Notes: generated by a model not told the origin, from the sequence alone. A DNA stretch of 64,000 bases from an uncultured Spirochaetota bacterium (GCA_963745235.1 CAVUXE010000035.1:64001-128000); one strand, 5' to 3'. Numbered from the stretch's first letter, positions 41,096-50,585 are shown. Made by a program: numbers and translations.

Positions 41096-41914
41096 TTGAT
41101 GAAATTGAAAGCCATCTTCGTGATCCTGAACGTGGTTCTCGGGATCGCATTCCTGGTGATCTTCCTCACGCCGGTTTTCATGCTGGGCGGGGACTGGTCT
41201 TCGCTGTTCTGGACGCGAAACTGGCCCATAGCGCTGTTGTTCGTGGTGGCCCTCGGAGCCGTTGATACGTACTTCCTTCTCAATTGGAGCCTTTTCGAAG
41301 GTCTCGAGCGGGAAGATTGGACGGGGGTGGCGGGATTTCTCGAAAAGCGGATCTATCATCGTGGCTGGGTCTCCCCCATGCGCGTGCGCCTGCTGTTGAA
41401 CACCTACCTCGTGACCTCCAACACGGAAAGCATCCGGGCGCTGGAGACCTTCCTCCGCGGTCGAAAGCCTGGCCTCATCAGGCAATTCAGCCTTCAGTTC
41501 GGAATACCGTACCTGCTCGCGAAAGATCCCAAGGAGCCGGAGGCTTTCTTCCGTGGCCTTCTTTCTTCGGGGAAAGTCTCGGACCGCGACTGGGTGCGTT
41601 GGAACCACGCCTTCAGTCTTCTGCAGATGAAGTCCGCGGATGAGGCGAGAACGGAGCTTGCATCCCTCGCGGAGTCCAGCCGGGACCCTGTCCTCCAGCT
41701 CCTTTCCCTGTACCTTCTGGACGTGGTGGCAAAAGACGACCCCGACCTGGAAAAGAAAGTGGCGACCATGCGCGGGAGTCTTCGGGAGCGCTCGACGCCC
41801 CAGGAGCTGGGAAGAACGATCGAAAAGGCCGGCAGCAACATGGAAGTCATAGTTCTCTCCCGGATGCTGCACGATGCGGTTGAGTGGCTCTACGCCGCGC
41901 CTGCCCCGACGTAA
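41096..41914 (+). CDS. hypothetical membrane protein
   Basis: Two N-terminal TMs and a helical soluble domain; abuts the permease gene. Confidence 0.7.
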   Translation: MMKLKAIFVILNVVLGIAFLVIFLTPVFMLGGDWSSLFWTRNWPIALLFVVALGAVDTYFLLNWSLFEGLEREDWTGVAGFLEKRIYHRGWVSPMRVRLLLNTYLVTSNTESIRALETFLRGRKPGLIRQFSLQFGIPYLLAKDPKEPEAFFRGLLSSGKVSDRDWVRWNHAFSLLQMKSADEARTELASLAESSRDPVLQLLSLYLLDVVAKDDPDLEKKVATMRGSLRERSTPQELGRTIEKAGSNMEVIVLSRMLHDAVEWLYAAPAPT

Positions 41915-42946
41915 GTGAAGACCAAGCCAGCCCCCGCTTTCGCGTTCCTCTCCCTGGTTCTTGTCGCAGCGATGGTCCTGGCAGTCGGCGTCGGCGCCGT
42001 TCCCGTCCCGCCAATCTCCGTTCTCAGCATGGCCGCGCGCGCTCTTGGCCTGCACATTTTTGCCGCCCCTGATGCCACGACGGCAATCATCGTCAGCCAG
42101 CTTCGTCTGCCGCGCGTCGTCGCCGCCGTGCTCGTCGGATGCTCGCTCGCCGTCTGCGGCGTGGTCATGCAGGGGCTCTTCAGGAACCCCATGGCCAGCC
42201 CCGAGATCCTGGGGGTCTCCGCCGGGGGAAGCCTTGGCGCGGTGGTTGCCATCACCTCCGGCCTTGCCGCGGTGTCGCAGCTCCTCATGCCTGTTCTTAC
42301 GATAGCGGGGGCGCTCCTTGCCACGACGTTGATCTATCTCCTTTCGAGCTCTCGGGGAACAACATCTCTCCTGTTCATCATCATTGCGGGCATGGCCATT
42401 TCCGCGTTGTGCGGCGGTTTGACCTCGGGGCTTCTCCTGTTCGCCAGGCAGTACGAGGTGAGCCAATACGTTTTCTGGACCATGGGCGGGCTGGACGGCC
42501 GCACCTGGCAGCACGTCCTTTTCTCCGCGCCCGTCCTTTTGCCGGGAGTCCTTGCGCTCATCTTCTTTTCCCGCGAGCTGAACCTGTTCAGCCTTGGCGA
42601 GGAAGGAGCCCATTCCCTCGGCGTGCACGTGGAGAGAGTCAAGCGTGTGCTCCTGGCGCTCAGCGCGGTCATCACAGGAGTTGCCATTTCGGTGAGCGGT
42701 CCCATAGGATTTGTCGGGCTCCTTGTGCCGCATCTTCTTCGCATGGTGGTGGGCCCTGATCACCGCCGGCTCATTCCGGCCTCCGCCCTTGGCGGCGGCC
42801 TCTTCCTTGTGGTGTGCGACCTGGTGGGAAGATCAATTGCCCCTCCCTTCGAAATACGCGTCGGGATCATCACCGCAGTCATTGGGAGCCCGTACCTCCT
42901 GAGCCTCCTCCTTCGCACGCAAAGGCGTGCTGCCGGCGCGAGATGA
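41915..42946 (+). CDS. FecCD/BtuC family ABC permease
   Basis: LRLPRV, QGLFRNPMASP, LGEEGAHSLG, IGFVGL. Confidence 0.92.
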   Translation: MKTKPAPAFAFLSLVLVAAMVLAVGVGAVPVPPISVLSMAARALGLHIFAAPDATTAIIVSQLRLPRVVAAVLVGCSLAVCGVVMQGLFRNPMASPEILGVSAGGSLGAVVAITSGLAAVSQLLMPVLTIAGALLATTLIYLLSSSRGTTSLLFIIIAGMAISALCGGLTSGLLLFARQYEVSQYVFWTMGGLDGRTWQHVLFSAPVLLPGVLALIFFSRELNLFSLGEEGAHSLGVHVERVKRVLLALSAVITGVAISVSGPIGFVGLLVPHLLRMVVGPDHRRLIPASALGGGLFLVVCDLVGRSIAPPFEIRVGIITAVIGSPYLLSLLLRTQRRAAGAR

Positions 42947-44275
42947 CGGACGCTCCTTCCGATTCCGGCAGATCTGCCGTTGCCGCCCTTCTTGTCGAAG
43001 CGTCGGGATTGTCGTGGTCCGTCGCTCACGCCCGGATCGTAGACTCCATAGATCTTGCCGTCGGGCGCGGTGAGCTGGTCGGGATCATCGGTCCAAACGG
43101 CGCCGGCAAGACCACCCTCATTCGCCTGCTCTCGGGCGGGCTCACGCCGACGGCCGGGGAGGTCCGCCTGTCCGGGCGTCCCCTTCGGGAGTTGAGCGCG
43201 CGTGAGCGCGCGCGGCGCGTTGCCTACATGAGCCAGGAGTCGGCGCAGGCGCTGCCCTTCACCGTGATGGAGGTCCTCCTGATGGGCAGGTATCCTCACC
43301 TGGGCCGGTTCGAGCGGGAATCTGCCTCTGACCTGGAAAGGGCGCATGAGATTCTTGCCGCCGTCGGCCTGCGAGGATTCGAGAACAGGATCATGGCGGA
43401 GCTTTCCGGCGGGGAGCGGCAGCTGGTTCTGTTTGCCAAGGCGCTCGTGCAGGAGACCGATGTCCTCATGCTGGATGAGCCCAGCTCGAGCCTCGACATC
43501 GGCCATCAGGACCGGATTTTCTCCATGACCCAGGCAATTGCGCGGGGCGGCCGCGCCGTTGTCGCTTCCGTGCACAACCTCAGCGTTGCGGCGGAATACT
43601 GCACGCGCCTTGTCCTTCTGGACAGGGGGACGGTCGCAGCCTCCGGTCCCGCGGAAGCCGTCATCAGGCCGGAGCTGCTCGACAGGGTCTACGGTGTGCG
43701 GACTCTGGTCACGCCGAGCACTGCCACCGGGAGCCTGACGGTCACGGTGGTCCCCGGCCGCGCGCTCGGACGGACGACCAGGGTGCACCTGATCGGCGGG
43801 GCGGGGAGCGCGGTGAATCTCACGCGGGAGCTGTACCGCATGGGGTATCGTCTCTCGGGCGGGATCGCCCACGAATATGATTCGGATGAGAAGCTGTGGC
43901 GAAGCCTTGCCTTGTACGTCGAATCGGTGGGCGCGTTCTCCCGCATCTCAGACGATGATGTGGCACGGGCGTCGCGCACAGTCGAGGAATCGGATGTGAC
44001 GATTCTCTGTTCATTTCCTGTTGGCACGGGGAACCTTGGCAACCTGAAGCTCGCCCGACATGCCCGGCGCCTCATCGTGGTAGATCCCGCTCCAGGGGAT
44101 GTCGAGAGGGCATTCTTCATGCCCGGAAGCCGAGGAGCTTTTCCGTCAGCTGTGCCGAAACGCGACGCTTTTGAGCTACCAGGACATCCTGTCCACGATG
44201 GCCGAGGGGCGCCAGAGCGCCGACACCGAAGGGTGGGCCGGGCGGAGGTCCGGTCCCGAGGCTATCCGCGGGTGA
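42943..44275 (+). CDS. BtuD/FecE-like ABC ATPase with C-terminal extension (indel near 44125)
   Basis: GPNGAGKT, LSGGERQ, LDEP, SVHNL; extension RVHLIGGAGSA...HEYDSD. The shifted frame ends at TGA 44273-44275. Confidence 0.85.
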
Positions 44276-44873
44276 CCCCGAGCTCCGCCTCCAGGCGGTC
44301 GATCTCGGACCGCAGGTCGGCAGCCAGGGGCTTGTACTTCGTCTCCCGGTAGGCGCTCAGGTAGTCGTCTTTTGCCTCCAGGAGCTGACGCTCCGCCTCG
44401 TCGTACTGGCGGCAGGCGGCGGCTGCAAGCTTGTTCCTCCCCGTTCCGTAGTAGAAGGACGCAAGCCCCCTGCGCGCAGGGAGAAGGTATTGGTCGCAAA
44501 GAATGGCCGACAGGAGCGACATCTCGACCAGGCCGGTGGCCTGGACCTGCTGCTCGGACCCCTCTGCCATCCTGCCCATGTGCTGGATGATGTCCCCCGA
44601 AAGGCCGACGAGTGTTGCCCCAAACGAAGAGAGCGCCAGTCTCGGATCTTCCCAGATCTTCGCCAGCTCAACGAAGTTGTTCTTCACGCAATCGTAGTAC
44701 TCGGAGACAAAAACGAAGCGGCTGATCTTCAGAACATCGCCGTTGGCGTTGTCCACAATTGTCTTCAGGATGTCCGCGCGGATGAGGTTCCAGGGCTTCC
44801 GGCTGGCCAGCGCGCGCAGGACCTCGGTGCTGTCCTTGAGATTGAATAGCTTGTCGCTTCCAAATAAACCCAT
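44262..44873 (-). CDS. hypothetical helical protein
   Basis: 203-aa ORF with protein-like composition; no family recognised. Confidence 0.65.
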   Translation of the reverse strand: MGLFGSDKLFNLKDSTEVLRALASRKPWNLIRADILKTIVDNANGDVLKISRFVFVSEYYDCVKNNFVELAKIWEDPRLALSSFGATLVGLSGDIIQHMGRMAEGSEQQVQATGLVEMSLLSAILCDQYLLPARRGLASFYYGTGRNKLAAAACRQYDEAERQLLEAKDDYLSAYRETKYKPLAADLRSEIDRLEAELGVTRG

Positions 44874-45055
44874 TTCTGCCCCGGTTGAACCGAGATTAGT
44901 CCCCGCATCCTTTCGTTTGCCTATCTATACCACCGCAATAGACTTAGCACAACAGGGCAAGCCGGGGACGAGAGCATTGCCACGCGGAAGGTTTTCGCAT
45001 ACCGTGAATCTCCGGGGAGGGGTTTTCCCGTTTCGCAACGGGATCGGAGGCCGGC

Positions 45056-45235
45056 ATGGTGACGAAAAATGTGGATCTTCGCGATGCTCCCTTTGAGATC
45101 GAACGGATTTGGATTGAGGATGATCGAGTTTTCTTCACCCGCCAGGGAGATTCGCTTGTCTCCGCCGGGCCAAACCGGGCCGGAGTGAAAGCGCTTATCG
45201 CTGCCCTGCAGGAGATCGTCAAAGCCATGAAGTAG
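45056..45235 (+). CDS. 59-aa hypothetical protein (not in ORF track)
   Basis: GGAGG at 45046, ATG 45056: MVTKNVDLRDAPFEIERIWIEDDRVFFTRQGDSLVSAGPNRAGVKALIAALQEIVKAMK. Confidence 0.55.
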   Translation: MVTKNVDLRDAPFEIERIWIEDDRVFFTRQGDSLVSAGPNRAGVKALIAALQEIVKAMK

Positions 45236-45273
45236 CATTTCCCTCGGAACGCGCGAAAGTGCACCTTCTTATC

Positions 45274-45471
45274 ATGCAAAAGCGAATCGGGGAGATGCTC
45301 GTGCACATGGGCGCCATGAAGCCCGAGCAGGTCGAAGCGGTCCTCGCGGCCCAGAAGGCCGGTGACACGAGGTTGTTCGGGCAGATCGCGCTTGCCCTTG
45401 GTTTCATCGAAGACAATTCGCTCAGGCGTTACGCTGACTTGCTGGATGGGAACAAGGAAACGGAGGCGTAG
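45274..45471 (+). CDS. stand-alone MshEN-like c-di-GMP-binding protein
   Basis: RIGEMLVHMGAMKPEQVEAVLAAQ-KAGDT-RLFGQIALALGFI resembles the tandem RLGxxLxxxGxxxxxxLxxxLxxQ motif. Confidence 0.7.
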   Translation: MQKRIGEMLVHMGAMKPEQVEAVLAAQKAGDTRLFGQIALALGFIEDNSLRRYADLLDGNKETEA

Positions 45472-45477
45472 CGCACA

Positions 45478-45508
45478 ACGAGGCTCGCGTTGGTTTCCCG
45501 AGCCTCGT
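45478..45508. terminator. 10-bp inverted repeat after the MshEN gene
   Basis: ACGAGGCTCG-11nt-CGAGCCTCGT; no clear U tract. Confidence 0.4.
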
Positions 45509-45586
45509 ATCCGTCTTGTATTCAAGACCGCAAAAGGGCATACTACGTTGGGCGGGAATGTCTTTTGAAAAGGGTTGGAGGCGTGC

Positions 45587-46009
45587 ATGGGTTTTGAAAG
45601 AGTGGATGAGGGCTCGGATTTCGCGGCGCTCCGTGCGCCGAAGTATTCCATTGCGGAGAGACTGCCAGCTCTGCGAAGCTTTCGCTTTGAGATCGATGAA
45701 TACGAAGATGGGTATAGCAAGCTTGACTCGTTTCTGATCACTGAGTCCAACATGCCGGAGACCGGGATGCTGGTCTGCAAACACGATTTCTGCCATGGAG
45801 AGGGAGTTTCCCTTGAAGGTATCGTCACCGACATGTTGAAAGACAAGGTCAGAAACAGGGCTCTCTCGAAAAAGTGCGGAGGGAAACTGACTTCTCCGAA
45901 AGGCCGAAGAGCGCACGGGTCGTGCAACCGGTCATTTGAGATCAAAGTCCATCTCGACCTGAAGCCAACGCCTCGCTCTCCCAGTCTTGGCGTGACGGTT
46001 CATGCTTAG
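45587..46009 (+). CDS. hypothetical Cys-containing protein
   Basis: GGAGG RBS; CKHDFC...CGGKLTSPKGRRAHGSC. Confidence 0.65.
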   Translation: MGFERVDEGSDFAALRAPKYSIAERLPALRSFRFEIDEYEDGYSKLDSFLITESNMPETGMLVCKHDFCHGEGVSLEGIVTDMLKDKVRNRALSKKCGGKLTSPKGRRAHGSCNRSFEIKVHLDLKPTPRSPSLGVTVHA

Positions 46010-46060
46010 GGCTGCGCGGATCAAAGAAAACTGACAGGGCATCGCCGATCTGCTCGAGCA

Positions 46061-46087
46061 ACTTGCCGGAGACGGGGGTCGAACCCG
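46061..46087 (-). repeat. att-site direct repeat (3' end of tRNA-Leu)
   Basis: ACTTGCCGGAGACGGGGGTCGAACCCG is identical to 58320-58346. Confidence 0.93.
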
Positions 46088-46396
46088 CACGCCCCGTGAG
46101 GGGCAGGGCGAGGCTGTTGTTGCGGTATGCGGCAAGGCGTTCTGCTCCAAAAACCCGCTCAGAGCTTTTCCTCCTTCCTGGGGTGTTCCGACGGAACTCT
46201 TCGCCCGGTTCAGTGAAGGACCCAAGTTCAAGATTGTTCGCCACATCATGAATCCCGTCCCTATCCCGTAGACGAGGCGGCTGATTCCGCGACGAAGCCT
46301 GCGGTCATGAAATCAAGGCAATCGCAGTCGGCCATGAGGAAAGGGGACGGCTGTGAGCACCGTCGTTCAGCACATGGCTGCGCGTCCAATGAGCAT

Positions 46397-46463
46397 AGGC
46401 AAAAATGCCTGCCTTGATACCGGCGGAATGGCGCTACCGCGTATTCGGGAGCGTTCGTATTCT
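46397..46463 (+). promoter_or_regulatory. operator/promoter module copy 1
   Basis: Palindrome AGGCA-AAAA-TGCCT, AATGGCGCT at +30, CGTTCGTATTCT ending 46463. Confidence 0.6.
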
Positions 46464-46516
46464 CTTGTCAAAGGCAGGCCCTCTCACGGCCTCGATAAAC
46501 CTGGGGGAGGTTTCAC

Positions 46517-46888
46517 ATGATGTGGGGATGGGGATATAGCGGCGGTGGAAGCTGGTTCGGGTGGATCGGTCCGTTGGTCATGGTTCTGTTTTGGGTTGCC
46601 GTACTCGCGGGAGTTGCTTTTTTTGTCCGATTTCTCGTTCGAAGAACCGGCACCGCCGAGGGAGAAGATTCGGCCCTGGAGATAGTGCGAAAGCAATACG
46701 CTCGAGGGGAAATAACGAAAGCGCAATTCGAGGAAAAGCGCTGTGATCTTGTTTGGCAAGGTTGTACGAGTGCCGGGAGCGCAAATGAAAAGCTCGTTAC
46801 TGCTTGTCATGCTCTTCAGTCTGCTCTTTGGGATGTTTGCGCTATCCGGGGCAGGAGCCATGCCCATGTCTGGAGCCTGGTCCGATAA
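46517..46888 (+). CDS. SHOCT-domain membrane protein (native stop near 46750 probably lost)
   Basis: MMWGWG..., one TM, SALEIVRKQYARGEITKAQFEE. Confidence 0.75.
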   Translation: MMWGWGYSGGGSWFGWIGPLVMVLFWVAVLAGVAFFVRFLVRRTGTAEGEDSALEIVRKQYARGEITKAQFEEKRCDLVWQGCTSAGSANEKLVTACHALQSALWDVCAIRGRSHAHVWSLVR

Positions 46889-47264
46889 TGGAAAGAAAAG
46901 CCCCGCCGCGGCGGCTCTTCTCAGCCTCATACCTGTGCCACTGGCCATTGGCCAATTCTACGACGGAGACTGGTCAACCGGGCTGTTGTTCTCTTTCCTG
47001 GAAACCGCTGAGATGGGCACGATGATCGGCGTCGCTGTTTACGAGGGCGGTTCGATGATGTACGGCGGCGTTCCCATCAGGAAGTGGGACGGCACTGGTC
47101 AAGCGGTGTTCTTCTCCTCTCTTGCGAGCTTTGTTCTCACGAAGTTCACCGACGCCTTCACTGCCGCGCTGATCGCCGATGAGCACAATGCGAATCTTCC
47201 TGCAAATGTCAGTCTCGTCGTGCGGGATGGGGCTCTTGGGCTGTCGTTGGACTACAAGTACTGA
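46785..47264 (+). CDS. hypothetical exported/membrane protein (TM2-like motif)
   Basis: Signal peptide, KKSPAAAALLSLIP...GQFY. Confidence 0.65.
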   Translation: MKSSLLLVMLFSLLFGMFALSGAGAMPMSGAWSDNGKKSPAAAALLSLIPVPLAIGQFYDGDWSTGLLFSFLETAEMGTMIGVAVYEGGSMMYGGVPIRKWDGTGQAVFFSSLASFVLTKFTDAFTAALIADEHNANLPANVSLVVRDGALGLSLDYKY

Positions 47265-47300
47265 GCCGACGAGCTTTCCAGCCGGCCCTCCAGCGTATAC

Positions 47301-47368
47301 AGGCAAAAATGCCTGTTCTCTTACGCGCGCAATGGCGCTGCCCAGCATGCATGGAACGTTCGTATTCT
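47301..47368 (+). promoter_or_regulatory. operator/promoter module copy 2
   Basis: AGGCAAAAATGCCT, AATGGCGCT at +30, CGTTCGTATTCT ending 47368. Confidence 0.6.
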
Positions 47369-47488
47369 GATGCTTGAACGACATATCGGCAGGTGAGGAG
47401 GGTGGAAAGAAAAGAACAGAACGCCTACGCCCTGATCGGGCAGGCAATTCAGCAAGCGATGATTCATCGCGAATGCAGGAGGAATGAG

Positions 47489-47686
47489 ATGGCACATCAG
47501 ATGGCACATGGTACACAGTCGGTCAAAGACCCCGTCTGCGGGATGGGGGTTGATCCCGGCACGGCGGCAGTCACAAGGACTCATGAGGGGATGACGTACT
47601 ACTTCTGTTCTGCGGGCTGCGCAAAGCAATTTGATGCAGACCCGCATCGTTACGCGCACAAAAAAGAGTCGGGACACAGCAGTTGA
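47489..47686 (+). CDS. YHS-domain (metal-binding) protein
   Basis: KDPVCGMGV...TYYFCSAGCAKQFDADPHRY; AGGAGG RBS. Confidence 0.88.
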   Translation: MAHQMAHGTQSVKDPVCGMGVDPGTAAVTRTHEGMTYYFCSAGCAKQFDADPHRYAHKKESGHSS

Positions 47687-47702
47687 TGTGAGGGGGTCAC
47701 AC

Positions 47703-48455
47703 ATGAGAAGGGTTGTATTGACTTTCGCGGCCTTGGTGCTGGCAGCAGGTTTTGCAAACGCGCAGATGATGGGGTCCGGAGCCGGAGGGAACGGCGGCCC
47801 CGGCGGATACGACGGGATGATGGGCGGGGGGTATGGCGGCTACGGGGGAATGATGGGCGGGGGATGGTGGGCTTCGCCACCTCCCACGGACGCAAAAACG
47901 CTTACCCTTGATCAGGCAGTCCAGACCGTGAACCAGTTTCTGAAAGGCGATGGGAACCCCGATCTCGAAATCGCGGAAGTCATGGACTTCGAATACAATT
48001 TCTACGCTCAAGTGAAAGAAAAGAGCACGGGCATCCACGCATTCGAGCTTCTGATCAACAAGGTAACGGGTGAGATCGTCCCCGAGCCGGGGCCCAACAT
48101 GATGTGGAACTCGAAATACGGCTCAATGGGGTACGGGATGATGGGCGGTGGAATGATGGGCGGCCCAGGTCTGGGTTGGGGCGGACCCGGGGGATACCGC
48201 GCGTGGCAGAATCCATCAAAGGAAATGACGGTTACCTCTGAGCAAGCTCGCAAGTACGGCCAGCAATTTCTCGATGCCCGGCTTCCCGGGACAACAGTGG
48301 CCAAGGATGCTGACGTATTCTACGGATACTACACAATTCATGTGATGAAAGACAGCAAGATCTACGGCATGCTGAGCGTGAACGGCTACACGGGCTGGGT
48401 CTGGTATCATTCGTGGCACGCGTACATTTCGATGAAAGGTTTCGGCGAAGAGTAA
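47703..48455 (+). CDS. exported Gly/Met-rich protein with PepSY-like domains
   Basis: Signal peptide, GMMGG repeats, PEPGPNMMWN, FYGYYT, SVNGYTG, WYHSWH. Confidence 0.8.
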   Translation: MRRVVLTFAALVLAAGFANAQMMGSGAGGNGGPGGYDGMMGGGYGGYGGMMGGGWWASPPPTDAKTLTLDQAVQTVNQFLKGDGNPDLEIAEVMDFEYNFYAQVKEKSTGIHAFELLINKVTGEIVPEPGPNMMWNSKYGSMGYGMMGGGMMGGPGLGWGGPGGYRAWQNPSKEMTVTSEQARKYGQQFLDARLPGTTVAKDADVFYGYYTIHVMKDSKIYGMLSVNGYTGWVWYHSWHAYISMKGFGEE

Positions 48456-48459
48456 GAGC

Positions 48460-48786
48460 TTGTTCATTTCTCTCGGAAGTCGTTGGGAGGCAGCAGAGGC
48501 GCATGTTCTCGCTCTTGCCGCTGATAGTGCCTCTGCAACCGCTCCATCCCCGCGGATGCTTGACCGTCTCTCCCCGGAGGCAGCCATCGACCTGGCGAAT
48601 ACCTGGAGCATGAGCAGCGATGAGAATAGAGTGAACCGACCGGACCTGCATTACCGAAACGAGACTGCACCCCGGATCGACATGATGAGAGGGCATGTCG
48701 TCTCTTTTGCTCCTTACCCGTTCCTGGCGATATATTGGCAACAAGAGATTGACGTAGAGAGCACGGATGAGGTCGGAGGGCCATGA
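48460..48786 (+). pseudogene. degraded fragment, possibly CueP-like metal-binding protein
   Basis: LDRLSPEAAIDLANTW and VVSFAPY recall that family; no proper start or signal peptide. Confidence 0.3.
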
Positions 48787-49205
48787 TGCATCAAAAAATA
48801 GCCTTCCTCCTGCAGGCTTTGGCGATGCTTGCAGTTCCGGCCTTGACGGGTTCCGGCCAGGATCTCCAGCGCTCGGCCCAGGCGGGTGGAGTATCGGGGG
48901 TAGCAACACCCTTGAACCTTGCGGATGCAAAGGCTGCGACGATCGACATCAGACTTGCACTGGATGCTGATTCATTCCCGCCGGACTTCGATGTGGCAAA
49001 GGTCGCTTTTTTGAGCGATGGGAAGGAGATCATTGTCCCGGCCGCCGCATGGAGTGGCGAAAATGACGGGCATCACATTTCCGGCACGCTTTCGTTTCCC
49101 GCGGACGACTTACGAAGCGCCAAGATTCTCATAATGACTCTTCAGAGATCCGAAAGGGGAAATGATCTTGCGTTTAGTTGGGAAGGGCCATTTCCTTCTC
49201 TGTGA
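48783..49205 (+). CDS. hypothetical exported protein
   Basis: GGAGG RBS, signal peptide, GVATPLN, GHHISGTLSF. Confidence 0.7.
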   Translation: MMHQKIAFLLQALAMLAVPALTGSGQDLQRSAQAGGVSGVATPLNLADAKAATIDIRLALDADSFPPDFDVAKVAFLSDGKEIIVPAAAWSGENDGHHISGTLSFPADDLRSAKILIMTLQRSERGNDLAFSWEGPFPSL

Positions 49206-49467
49206 CTCCAATCGGTGAGTACGTTGCAATAATTTGGTAGCCGTCAGCAGCCTTTCCCTTCAAGCCATCGGCGAGGGAAGGTGCTCGGCACACAAGGTCA
49301 GGGACTGAAAGTCGAGGCAGACGCATATCAGTTCGACCGCAACTACGCGATTCACGCCTTGACGCCCGGTCGCCGGCGCCCGGCCGCTGGCGACTCGACA
49401 GGCGCGAGTGAGCGCCGCCATCATGAAACGAAAGAGAGAGCATTTTCGCAACATGCGGGAGGATGAT

Positions 49468-49854
49468 GTGCCATGCTATCTGAAGAAAGGCCTGGCGGTG
49501 CATTTTGAAAAAGCTCTTGAGCGGGTGAGAGAGGAACTGCAAAAGGAAGGCTTCGGCGTGCTGACCGAGATCGACGTTCAAGACACGCTGAAGAAAAAAC
49601 TGGGGATCGAGTTTCGAAAATACCGGATCCTGGGCGCCTGCAACCCGCCCCTTGCGCACCAGGCGCTCCAGGAAGAGACCAGAATCGGGTTGCTCCTTCC
49701 CTGCAACGTCATCGTTCAAGAAGCCGAGGGCGGAAATGTTGAAGTTGCGGCTATCGATCCACTGGAATCCATGCAGAAAGTCGAGAATCCTCGCCTCTTG
49801 GGCATCGCCTCACAAGTGAGGGCGAAGCTTCAAAAAGTGATCACGGCGCTGTAG
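49468..49854 (+). CDS. DUF302 domain protein
   Basis: GFGVLTEIDV, YRILGACNP, IGLLLPCNV. Confidence 0.9.
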   Translation: MPCYLKKGLAVHFEKALERVREELQKEGFGVLTEIDVQDTLKKKLGIEFRKYRILGACNPPLAHQALQEETRIGLLLPCNVIVQEAEGGNVEVAAIDPLESMQKVENPRLLGIASQVRAKLQKVITAL

Positions 49855-49979
49855 TCCAGCATGGGGCGACGGGTGAGAGTGATTTCAGGTGAAAGTTCGT
49901 AACAAAAAGCGTCTGTGCTGACGCCAACAATTCGTACCCCCCCATAAGCGAGCAGGACTGGCAAAGGAGGCGATTTCAC

Positions 49980-50397
49980 ATGACCGGGAACAGCGCCAAT
50001 CCCGCGCAACCGAGAAACGGGTCAGCAGGTCATGCCGTTCGATTTGAAAAAGACTCAGCACATTTTTGAAATGACGGAAAGCGGCGGCGTACAGCAGGTG
50101 ATTGCCCGGGATTCAAGCGACGCCAAGCAGGTCAGCCTCATCCGCCAGCATCTGCACCATGAGACCATGCGGTTCATGGCAGGCGATTTTTCCGATCCGA
50201 CCTTGATGCACGGATCGGACATGCCGGGGGTCACGGAACTTTCACAGAACTCGGATCAAATCAAAATCGAGGACTCGGATCTGCTGAATGGCGGCCAGAT
50301 CAGTGTTTCGACGGGAGACTTGCATCTCATAACGGCCATACACCGCTGGTTTGGGGCACAGCTGTCCGATCATGGAGCCGATGCGACCTGTCGATAA
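49980..50397 (+). pseudogene. His/Met-containing hypothetical protein with damaged 5' end
   Basis: AGGAGG plus ATG 49980 is out of frame with the conserved-looking MPFDL...IRQHL...HGSDMPG...AIHRWFGAQLSDHG (50032-50397). Confidence 0.55.
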
Positions 50398-50585
50398 GGC
50401 ACCAGCGAGCTCCATGCCTTCCTCTGTCAGTTCCCTGCTCCTTCTCGCACCGCTTCTCGCACGCCTTGACAAAAGCGGCTCGCGGAATGTCAATGATACT
50501 GTAATCAGCACATAACCCGGTCGTCATTGGCTTAAGACTGTTCAGTGTCGTCCTCATCGCTCTCCCAGCGTGAAAGGAGGCGCAT

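Noticed and set aside
44945-44985. c-di-GMP-I riboswitch-like words (AGGGCAAGCC...GGGACG) upstream of small genes
   Set aside because: The P2 stem and GAAA tetraloop are missing; an Infernal search would be needed and a hit seems unlikely.
46063-46251. 62-aa ORF starting MPETGVEP (and ORF 58130-58486)
   Set aside because: These are translations of tRNA-derived sequence, not proteins.
46427-47348. sigma54 promoters at the TGGCGC boxes
   Set aside because: GC is not at the required GG-N10-GC spacing in either copy.
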